Source: Flavobacteriaceae bacterium (GTDB taxonomy: Bacteria; Bacteroidota; Bacteroidia; Flavobacteriales; Flavobacteriaceae). From it: a stretch of DNA of 24,000 bases. The stretch spans positions 30,177 to 54,176 of the forward strand of contig JANQSO010000012.1 of the NCBI GenBank assembly GCA_028284005.1, in the 5' to 3' direction. The notes beneath the pieces are model-generated. The model ran no database searches and was not told where the DNA came from. It saw only the letters and a list, made by a program, of their open reading frames with translations. The position numbers were made by a program, and so were the translations under genes. Below are positions 8,342-15,020 of the stretch, one piece after another. The first letter of the stretch is position 1. Every line of letters begins with the position of its first letter.

Positions 8342-9409
8342 TCAGTTTTTCATGGGAGAAAAATTCGAAATAAAATTTTCGATCAGTACCGGCACGGCAT
8401 AGCTGCCAATTCCAGAAATAGGAATCCCTTTTTCCTTTAATTCTGAAACTTCCACGATCCAAAAACGGGTATATAAATGTTGGTGTGATAACTTATGGAT
8501 TATAGACTCCTCATTAAAAAGGGTAATAGACCGAAGGTTTATGCCTTTCGCAAAGTTTTTATATCCGGAAAGCTGTTTTAGTTGTTCAATATCGGTTTCC
8601 GAATCACTTTCAATTAATGGAAACTCGTACAACTGCCGCCAGATCCCTTTTTGCGTTCGCTGTTGTAGGATTGTAGTATTATTTTCAGAAAGTACCACCA
8701 TATAATTGAAATACCTCTTTTTAACTTTCAGTTTTTTCAGCTTTACAGGTAGTTTGGAAACTTCCTTATTCTTAAAAGCTTCACAGCTATCGTTGAATAT
8801 GCAATTATTACAATCCGGATTTTGCGGAATACAATATCGGGCTCCAAATTCCATAATTGCCTGATTGCAAGTTCCCGGTTGCGATACATCCATAAGATGC
8901 TGTGCCAGTTGTTTAAACTCTTTGATCCCTGCTGTGCTATTAATCGGCGTTTTAATGCTGAAGAGGCGAGACAAAACCCTATAGACGTTTCCATCTACAA
9001 CTGCCGTTGGCTCATTAAAACAAATAGAGGCAATGGCACTTGCCGTATAATCGCCAATACCTTTTAACTTTATAAGTTCTTTATAGGTATTTGGAAATTC
9101 TCCGTTCAATTCATTTGCAATATATTTTGCTGTAAAGTGCAGATTTCTGGCCCGTGAATAATAACCCAGCCCCTGCCATAATTTCAAAATTTGCGGCTCG
9201 GGCGCATTGGCAAGATCTTTAATAGTAGGAAATGTCCTAATGAATTTCAAATAGTACGGTAATCCTTGTCCTACACGGGTTTGTTGTAGCATTATTTCAG
9301 ATAACCAAACAAAGTACGGGTTCATCGTTCCTCTCCAGGGAAGGTCACGTTTATTTTCTAAATACCACGGAATGAGTTTTTTATAAAAAAAAGTGGCTTT
9401 TTTTGGCAT
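8342..9409 (-). CDS. mutY: A/G-specific adenine DNA glycosylase MutY
   Basis: 355 aa. HhH-GPD region (LKGIGDYTASAI), 4Fe-4S loop C-x6-C-x2-C-x5-C (CIPQNPDCNNCIFNDSC), and a C-terminal NUDIX-like domain. Confidence 0.9.
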   Translation of the reverse strand: MPKKATFFYKKLIPWYLENKRDLPWRGTMNPYFVWLSEIMLQQTRVGQGLPYYLKFIRTFPTIKDLANAPEPQILKLWQGLGYYSRARNLHFTAKYIANELNGEFPNTYKELIKLKGIGDYTASAIASICFNEPTAVVDGNVYRVLSRLFSIKTPINSTAGIKEFKQLAQHLMDVSQPGTCNQAIMEFGARYCIPQNPDCNNCIFNDSCEAFKNKEVSKLPVKLKKLKVKKRYFNYMVVLSENNTTILQQRTQKGIWRQLYEFPLIESDSETDIEQLKQLSGYKNFAKGINLRSITLFNEESIIHKLSHQHLYTRFWIVEVSELKEKGIPISGIGSYAVPVLIENFISNFSPMKN

Positions 9410-9413
9410 TTCA

Positions 9414-9421
9414 CAAAAATA
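9414..9421 (-). promoter_or_regulatory. Candidate -7 box (TATTTTTG) only 4 nt from the mutY ATG
   Basis: The minus strand reads TATTTTTG-TGAA-ATG. Confidence 0.35.
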
Positions 9422-9479
9422 GCCTTTATCTAATTATAATTTAACGGATTATGGTTTGAATTATTGATTTTAAAATCCT

Positions 9480-9487
9480 TATATTTG
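9480..9487 (+). promoter_or_regulatory. Candidate -7 box (TATATTTG) for the HU operon
   Basis: Exact TAnnTTTG match, 47 nt upstream of the ATG at 9535. Confidence 0.4.
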
Positions 9488-9534
9488 CCCTCTTGAAAAA
9501 TGAATATAATAATTATAATTTAAAGAATTACAGA

Positions 9535-9825
9535 ATGACTAAAGCAGATATCGTAGCAAAAATTTCCGAAAAATTAGGAATGGAAAAAGGTGATGTTCAG
9601 GCTACAGTAGAAACCTTTATGGATGAGGTTAAAAACTCTCTTGAAAGTGGGGACAATGTTTACTTAAGAGGATTTGGAAGTTTTATTATTAAAAGAAGAG
9701 CTGAAAAAACCGGTAGAAATATTTCAAAAAACACTACAATCAAAATTCCTGCTCACAACATTCCCGCGTTTAAACCTGCAAAGGTATTTGTAGAAGGCGT
9801 TAAGACTAATGTTGAAGTAAAGTAA
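9535..9825 (+). CDS. hup: HU-family nucleoid DNA-binding protein
   Basis: MTKADIVAKISEKLG...YLRGFGSF..RRAEKTGRNISKNTTIKIPAHNIPAFKPAK is the typical HU/IHF fold. The tracked ORF begins at a TTG at 9493, but the Asn/Tyr-rich 14 aa upstream are not HU-like, so ATG 9535 is preferred. Confidence 0.9.
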   Translation: MTKADIVAKISEKLGMEKGDVQATVETFMDEVKNSLESGDNVYLRGFGSFIIKRRAEKTGRNISKNTTIKIPAHNIPAFKPAKVFVEGVKTNVEVK

Positions 9826-9849
9826 TAATAACATTAAAAAAAAGTTAGT

Positions 9850-9939
9850 ATGCCTAGTGGTAAAAAAAGAAAAAGACATAAGGTAGCAACGCATAAGCGC
9901 AAGAAAAGAAGACGCGCTAACCGCCACAAGAAAAAGTAG
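9850..9939 (+). CDS. 29-aa hyper-basic micro-protein, bS22/mS38 (AURKAIP1/COX24)-like candidate ribosomal protein
   Basis: ATG at 9850, TAG at 9937-9939. Translation: MPSGKKRKRHKVATHKRKKRRRANRHKKK. An A-rich Kozak-like leader (aaaaaaaagttagtATG, A at -3). An intrinsic terminator overlaps the stop codon. Too short for the supplied ORF track. Confidence 0.6.
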   Translation: MPSGKKRKRHKVATHKRKKRRRANRHKKK

Positions 9940-9957
9940 TTTTCCCAACTACTTTTT
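9931..9957 (+). terminator. Intrinsic terminator ending the HU / micro-ORF transcript
   Basis: AAAAAGTAGTT (9931-9941), loop TTCCC, AACTACTTTTT (9947-9957). The T-run continues into tttttcg. Confidence 0.7.
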
Positions 9958-10072
9958 TCGTTTAAGGAAGAAAGAAAACGTTCTTTGAAAATGAAACTAT
10001 ATTGCTTTTATACCTTAAAGTAAATGGTTTCGACGGGTTTATTATTAAAAACCTGTGATAAATTATTGTTTA

Positions 10073-10101
10073 ATCCATTTGTCCGCCTTTGGCGGATGGA
10101 T
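10073..10101 (+). promoter_or_regulatory. GC-rich bulged hairpin in the rng 5' region
   Basis: ATCCA-(TTTG bulge)-TCCGCC-TTT-GGCGGA-TGGAT: 11 bp, ending 15 nt before the GTG start at 10117. There is no downstream T-run, so it is not a terminator. Confidence 0.35.
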
Positions 10102-10116
10102 AAAAATTAATTAGAA

Positions 10117-11667
10117 GTGAACTACGAATTATTTATTAGGTCCAGTTCACAAGAAGTTGATTTTGCCCTTTTAAAAGATGGAAAACTAGTAGAATTAAAT
10201 AAGGAGGAAGAGGACAACAAATTTTCGGTTGGCGACATTTATCTTGCCAAAATCAGAAAAACTGTTCCTGGTCTTAATGCTGCATTTGTAAATGTAGGTT
10301 ACGAAAAAGATGCTTTTTTGCATTATCATGATTTAGGACCAAAAGTTCTTTCTCTTTTAAAATTCGTAAAACGTGTAAGCACAGGTAAACTTAAAGATTA
10401 CTCTTTAAAAGAATTCCCATTTGAAAAAGAGATTGATAAAAATGGAGGCATTAACGACGCCCTTAAATCCAATCAATCTATTCTGGTACAAATCGTTAAA
10501 GAACCTATTTCCACAAAAGGTCCAAGAATTAGCTCCGAGCTTTCCATAGCAGGGCGCTATATTGTTTTGGTTCCTTTTTCAGACCGGGTCTCTATTTCTC
10601 AAAAAATAGAGTCCAAGAAAGAGAAAGAAAGGTTAAAACGCTTAATTACAAGCATTAAACCTAAAGGATTTGGCGTTATTATACGAACTGTAGCAGAGGG
10701 CAAAAAAGTAGCAGAACTGGATAGAGATTTACAAAATCTCACAGATCGCTGGACAGCGATGTGTAAAAAGCTACGAGGAGCGCACCATCCTAGTAAGGTG
10801 CTAAGTGAATTAAGCAGAGGTTCTTCTATGATCCGTGACGTATTTAATGACTCGTTCTCGGCCATACACATAGACGATGAAACACTCTACTTACAAATAA
10901 AAGATTATGTGCAGGAAATTGCACCTAATAAAGAGAATATCGTAAAGTATTATGATTCAAAAGTCCCCATTTTTGAAAAATTTGGGATCGAGCGTCAAAT
11001 TAAAACTTCCTTCGGTAAAACTGTTTCCGGTAGCAAAGGAGCATATTTGGTGATTGAACACACAGAAGCCATGCACGTTATAGACGTGAATAGTGGCAAC
11101 CGTAGTAACAAATCCAAAAACCAGGAAGATACAGCGCTCGAAGTAAACTTAATTGCTGCTACCGAAGTAGCACGACAATTGCGTTTGCGAGACATGGGAG
11201 GTATTATTGTGGTCGATTTTATAGACATGGCTAACGCCGGCAACCGCAAGAAGCTCTTTAATCACCTTCGTGACGAAATGAATGAAGACAGAGCGAAGCA
11301 TAAGATACTTCCCCCAACAAAATTTGGATTAATACAAATTACCCGCCAACGTGTAAGGCCTGAGATGAATATTAAGACCCGCGAGGAAAACCCCAATAGC
11401 AATGGTGGTGAAAGCGGTGAGATCGAAGCCCCTATCATAGTGGTAGATAAAATCAATGAAGAGGTTAAACGCCTCATACAGAAAGACTATAAAAAGATTA
11501 CACTTAATGCACATCCTTTTATAGCAGCCTTTTTAACAAAAGGTTTTCCGTCTGTGCGAACCAAGTGGTTTATGGAGCACAAAAAATGGATAAAAATTCA
11601 ACCTAGAGACGCTTACACGTATCTTGAATATCATTTCCACGATAAAAACGGAGAAATGATAAAATAA
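10117..11667 (+). CDS. rng: Ribonuclease G/E family endoribonuclease (catalytic domain only)
   Basis: 516 aa. S1 domain (VGDIYLAKIRKTVPGLNAAFVNVGYEKDAFLH), DNase I-like / Mg site region (AMHVIDVNSG), and GGIIVVDFIDM. GTG start supported by the conserved N-terminus MNYELFIRSSS. Confidence 0.9.
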   Translation: MNYELFIRSSSQEVDFALLKDGKLVELNKEEEDNKFSVGDIYLAKIRKTVPGLNAAFVNVGYEKDAFLHYHDLGPKVLSLLKFVKRVSTGKLKDYSLKEFPFEKEIDKNGGINDALKSNQSILVQIVKEPISTKGPRISSELSIAGRYIVLVPFSDRVSISQKIESKKEKERLKRLITSIKPKGFGVIIRTVAEGKKVAELDRDLQNLTDRWTAMCKKLRGAHHPSKVLSELSRGSSMIRDVFNDSFSAIHIDDETLYLQIKDYVQEIAPNKENIVKYYDSKVPIFEKFGIERQIKTSFGKTVSGSKGAYLVIEHTEAMHVIDVNSGNRSNKSKNQEDTALEVNLIAATEVARQLRLRDMGGIIVVDFIDMANAGNRKKLFNHLRDEMNEDRAKHKILPPTKFGLIQITRQRVRPEMNIKTREENPNSNGGESGEIEAPIIVVDKINEEVKRLIQKDYKKITLNAHPFIAAFLTKGFPSVRTKWFMEHKKWIKIQPRDAYTYLEYHFHDKNGEMIK

Positions 11668-11671
11668 AATG

Positions 11672-11702
11672 AAACCCTTCCTGGTTCAGGAAGGGTTTTT
11701 TT
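11672..11702 (+). terminator. Intrinsic terminator after rng
   Basis: AAACCCTTCCTG (11672-11683), loop GTT, CAGGAAGGGTTT (11687-11698), then further Ts to 11702. Confidence 0.85.
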
Positions 11703-11738
11703 ATGTCCTGTTTTGAAAAGATTTTTTAATTTCCCTTC

Positions 11739-12215
11739 TTGAAAAAATACAAAACATATTCTGTTCCGGAAGCCACAAAACGTATGGAACGCTACTGCAC
11801 CTATCAGGAACGTTGCCATAAAGAAGTACACCAAAAGCTAAAGGAAATGAGAATGATCCCCGATGCAATAGATCAAATCATATTTCATTTATTACAAAAC
11901 AACTTTTTAAACGAAACACGATTTTCACAAGCTTTTGCCCGTGGAAAATTCAAAAACAAAAAATGGGGCAGGAATCGTATTGTTCGTGAATTAAAACTTC
12001 GAAATATTTCAAAATATAATATAACAGCCGCTTTAAAAGAAATTAGTGAAACCGAATATTTCCAAACATTCCAGCAACTTGCCGAAAAACGATTTGCCCA
12101 ATTAGCTTCTGAGAATGATCTTCAGAAAAAAAGAAAAAAACTGGCCAACTATCTATTATACCGTGGATGGGAAAGTAGCTTGGTCTATGAGAAAATAAAT
12201 GAAATTGTTCGTTAG
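11739..12215 (+). CDS. recX: RecA regulator RecX
   Basis: 158 aa. YCTYQERCHKEVHQKL and the three-repeat helical organisation are typical of RecX. The only in-frame start upstream of the conserved N-terminal segment is TTG 11739 (in-frame TAA at 11727). The next ATG (11784) would remove conserved residues. Confidence 0.8.
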   Translation: MKKYKTYSVPEATKRMERYCTYQERCHKEVHQKLKEMRMIPDAIDQIIFHLLQNNFLNETRFSQAFARGKFKNKKWGRNRIVRELKLRNISKYNITAALKEISETEYFQTFQQLAEKRFAQLASENDLQKKRKKLANYLLYRGWESSLVYEKINEIVR

Positions 12216-13075
12216 GAAATACCCAATTTACGATGTGTCCTCGTAATAGCCTTTTCATTTTTGGCATCGATCCATGCCTGCCCCTTAAGTCTTCGCATTA
12301 GATTGTCATAATGGCGCATAATAAAAATGTTGTACAATGCCTTTCCAAAATTTTTAGGGTTTCGAGCAATAGCCCGTAAGCTCATAGAAAACCCTGGTGT
12401 GAGGTAACGCATATAATGCCAGTACCCTTCAGGCATATAAAGTACATTACCGTGTTCCAGGTGAGCAATATAACCTTCTGCTTTTTTAAGGGCAGGCCAT
12501 TTTTCATAATCCGGATCCGTAAAATCTATGTCTTCCCGGGTAATTAACGAATGAGGTATTTTATAGAGAAAATCATTTTGTTTTTGGTCGAAAAGAATGG
12601 TTTGCTTTTTTCCATGAAAATGAAAATGGAAGATATTCGCCAGGTCAATATCATAATGCATAAAGGTATAACTGTCCTTTCCCCCAAAAAATAGCATAGG
12701 TAGGCCTTTCATTAATTTCAAGCCAAAATCCGGATATGAGAAATCGTTCTGTAAAACCGGCACTTCTTTTAAAACATTCCACAAAAAAATTCGAAATTTA
12801 GTAGGCTCACGTTTTAAAAGATCAATGTATTCCCTCATCTTCATTTTTGCGTGCGGTTCATTGAATCCATCTTTATAATCCACAGGCCTGTTATCATAAA
12901 GAGGTACGGTTTTATCACCGGCAACCTTGGCCATATAATCCAGATTCCATTTTTTAAATGCCGGCCAATCCTCAACAAACCGTTCTATTACAACCGGTTT
13001 TTGAGGTTTAAAATAATTTTTAAGAAATTCTTCTTTTGTTATGGTTTTAACTCTGTCTACTTCCTGTAACTGCAT
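12212..13075 (-). CDS. JmjC / cupin_8 (FIH-like) Fe(II)/2-oxoglutarate-dependent oxygenase, substrate unknown
   Basis: 287 aa. N-terminus ...EEFLKNYFKPQKPVVIERFVEDWPAFKKW. HxD in FMHYDID. Distal His in NVLYMPEGYWHYMRYL, comparable to the FIH motif DVLYIPMYWWHHIESL as I recall it. Confidence 0.7.
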   Translation of the reverse strand: MQLQEVDRVKTITKEEFLKNYFKPQKPVVIERFVEDWPAFKKWNLDYMAKVAGDKTVPLYDNRPVDYKDGFNEPHAKMKMREYIDLLKREPTKFRIFLWNVLKEVPVLQNDFSYPDFGLKLMKGLPMLFFGGKDSYTFMHYDIDLANIFHFHFHGKKQTILFDQKQNDFLYKIPHSLITREDIDFTDPDYEKWPALKKAEGYIAHLEHGNVLYMPEGYWHYMRYLTPGFSMSLRAIARNPKNFGKALYNIFIMRHYDNLMRRLKGQAWIDAKNEKAITRTHRKLGIS

Positions 13076-13090
13076 ATTCTATAATTACCC

Positions 13091-13098
13091 CAAAAATA
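13091..13098 (-). promoter_or_regulatory. Candidate -7 box (TATTTTTG) for the JmjC gene
   Basis: The reverse complement of caaaaata, 15 nt upstream of the ATG at 13075. Confidence 0.3.
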
Positions 13099-13140
13099 CA
13101 AATCTTATACAATATATTTTTTAGGGTTAGATAATCTAAT

Positions 13141-13171
13141 AAAAAAGACCGGCTTTAAAACCGGTCTTTTT
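13141..13171 (-). terminator. Intrinsic terminator after the FN3 lipoprotein gene (bidirectional shape)
   Basis: A6, GACCGG (13147-13152), 8-nt loop, CCGGTC (13161-13166), T5. Confidence 0.7.
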
Positions 13172-13190
13172 GTATCATTTAAATAAGAGG

Positions 13191-13823
13191 CTAATTGTTT
13201 GTTGTAATTACCAGAGCATCGGTATATTCACTAAAACCATCACTCCCACAGTTGGCCCTCACATAGATCTCATAGGTTGTAGCTGGAGTTAATCCATCGA
13301 TCCTATAACTATTTTGAGATGTTGGTTCTACAGTTCCACTACCTATTGGATGGCCTACAAGTCCATATTCAACCTCCCAGGCTGTTTCATTATTTTCATT
13401 CCAGGTTATATCTATGTAGTTTGATCCCAAACCAATTTGAGTAAGATCTAAAGGAATATTACAGGTTATTACAGGGTCCAGTGTAATGAAATCCAAAGTG
13501 ATATAATCACTAAATCCGTCACTTCCACAATTGTTGCGCAAATAAATTGTATAACTCGTAGAAGGAGTTAAGTTCTCTATTAAGTAATTAAATTGCGAAG
13601 TTTGTGCTACAGTACCTGTACCCAATTGAAAACCTGTTGGGCCATATTCAATTTGCCAGGCTGTACCCGTACTGGTATCCCATTCAAAAAGTAATGATGT
13701 ACTGTTCAATTGTACCACGGTAATAACTGCAGGTGTATCGCAATTATTATTGGAACCGTCATCATCTTTTTTGCAAGAAACCATAACAATGGCCAAAAAA
13801 ACTACCAAAAAAATCTTTTTCAT
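13191..13823 (-). CDS. Lipoprotein with two tandem fibronectin type III-like domains
   Basis: 210 aa. Signal MKKIFLVVFLAIVMVSC. Two 93-aa repeats share C..P......L.....I...W......W..EYG..G...G.GT.......Y.I..LTP.T.Y.IY.R.NCGSDGFS.Y. Confidence 0.65.
   Translation of the reverse strand: MKKIFLVVFLAIVMVSCKKDDDGSNNNCDTPAVITVVQLNSTSLLFEWDTSTGTAWQIEYGPTGFQLGTGTVAQTSQFNYLIENLTPSTSYTIYLRNNCGSDGFSDYITLDFITLDPVITCNIPLDLTQIGLGSNYIDITWNENNETAWEVEYGLVGHPIGSGTVEPTSQNSYRIDGLTPATTYEIYVRANCGSDGFSEYTDALVITTNN
13200..13742 (-). repeat. Intragenic tandem duplication (2 x ~279 nt) encoding the two FN3-like modules
   Basis: Cys28/Cys99 and Cys121/Cys192 are offset by exactly 93 aa. DNA similarity is still visible, e.g. 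tcactaaaaccatcactcccaca vs tcactaaatccgtcacttccaca, and ccatattcaa...ccaggctgt in both copies. Confidence 0.7.
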
Positions 13824-13892
13824 AAATAATAAGTTTGTTTGTTGTTTAACGAAAAGTCTTCCGAAATATTTAAAAATCTAAAAAAATAAAGG

Positions 13893-14987
13893 TTATTCCG
13901 AAGCTTTCGCTTTTTGCTTGGCTTCTTCATTCCGTTCAATGGTATGCTCCGGCCGGCTCCATTTTGGTTTTTCTCCCAGGGGCTGATATTGCGAAGCCTC
14001 TGCTTCCACTGTTTCCGGCTGGGCCTTTTTCACAAAAGGCTTTTGAGGTTCTAAACCAAGTAAATTAAACATCTCCATATCCTCATTTACATCGGGATTT
14101 GGAGTTGTTAAAAGCTTGTCTCCGGCAAAAATTGAATTTGCTCCGGCAAAGAAACACATTGCCTGCCCTTCTCTGCTCATTTCTGTCCTCCCTGCCGAAA
14201 GCCTTACCTGTGTTTGAGGCATTACAATGCGAGTGGTCGCAACCATACGTATCATCTCCCAAATTGAAACAGGTTCTATATCTTCCATAGGTGTTCCTTC
14301 CACGGCAACCAATGCATTGATAGGTACAGATTCCGGTTGCGGGTTTAAAGTAGCTAGGGCCACCAGCATTCCTGCACGGTCCTCCAGTTTTTCTCCCATT
14401 CCTATAATTCCACCGCTACAGACAGTAACATTTGTTTTTCTAACATTATCAATGGTATCTAAACGATCCTGATAGGCACGTGTAGAGATCACATCTTTGT
14501 AATAATCCTCACTGGTATCCAAATTGTGATTGTAAGCGTACAAACCTGCCTCTGCTAATCTTTTTGCTTGATTTTCAGTGATCATTCCAAGTGTACAACA
14601 AACCTCCATATCCAATTTATTAATAGTACGTACCATCTCCAGTACCTGGTCAAATTCCTCTCCATCCTTCACATTGCGCCACGCTGCACCCATACATACG
14701 CGGGAACTCCCTGAAGCTTTTGCACGTAAAGCCTGTGCTTTTACATGTTGTACACTCATTAGATCGTTTCCTTCAATATCTGTATGATACCTGGCTGCCT
14801 GCGGACAATATCCGCAATCTTCCGGGCAACCTCCTGTCTTTATAGAAAGTAACGTAGATACTTGTACATGATTTGGGTTATGAAACTCACGATGTATCGT
14901 TGCCGCTTCATATAGCAGCTCCATCATGGGCTTATTATAAATATCCAAAACCTCTTGTCTGGTCCAGTTGTATTTGATGTCTTTCAT
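13893..14987 (-). CDS. bioB: Biotin synthase
   Basis: 364 aa. Radical-SAM motif [10 protein letters not shown], followed by the typical BioB core (YNHNLDTS, ...GGIIGMGE...). Confidence 0.95.
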   Translation of the reverse strand: MKDIKYNWTRQEVLDIYNKPMMELLYEAATIHREFHNPNHVQVSTLLSIKTGGCPEDCGYCPQAARYHTDIEGNDLMSVQHVKAQALRAKASGSSRVCMGAAWRNVKDGEEFDQVLEMVRTINKLDMEVCCTLGMITENQAKRLAEAGLYAYNHNLDTSEDYYKDVISTRAYQDRLDTIDNVRKTNVTVCSGGIIGMGEKLEDRAGMLVALATLNPQPESVPINALVAVEGTPMEDIEPVSIWEMIRMVATTRIVMPQTQVRLSAGRTEMSREGQAMCFFAGANSIFAGDKLLTTPNPDVNEDMEMFNLLGLEPQKPFVKKAQPETVEAEASQYQPLGEKPKWSRPEHTIERNEEAKQKAKASE

Positions 14988-15020
14988 AAGGTCAAAAATA
15001 AATAAAATATAAGTCTAAAA

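Noticed and set aside
8235-8462. 75-aa minus-strand ORF bridging the mutY 3' end, the intergenic region and the ssb 5' end
   Set aside because: It is out of frame with both well-supported genes and spans the likely ssb promoter. There is no coding signature.
9493-9534. TTG-initiated 14-aa extension of HU (MKNEYNNYNLKNYR)
   Set aside because: It is Asn/Tyr-rich translated AT-rich leader and is not HU-like. The ATG at 9535 gives the canonical MTKADIV start and a typical ~96-aa HU.
9991-10023. 10-codon uORF (MKLYCFYTLK) in the rng upstream region
   Set aside because: There is no supporting start context or conservation evidence. An ORF of this size is expected by chance in 157 nt of AT-rich sequence.
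13893-14030. About 45-aa Lys/Glu/Pro-rich C-terminal tail on BioB beyond the radical-SAM core
   Set aside because: It may be normal for flavobacterial BioB. I cannot judge this without an alignment, and I see no motif suggesting a separate function.
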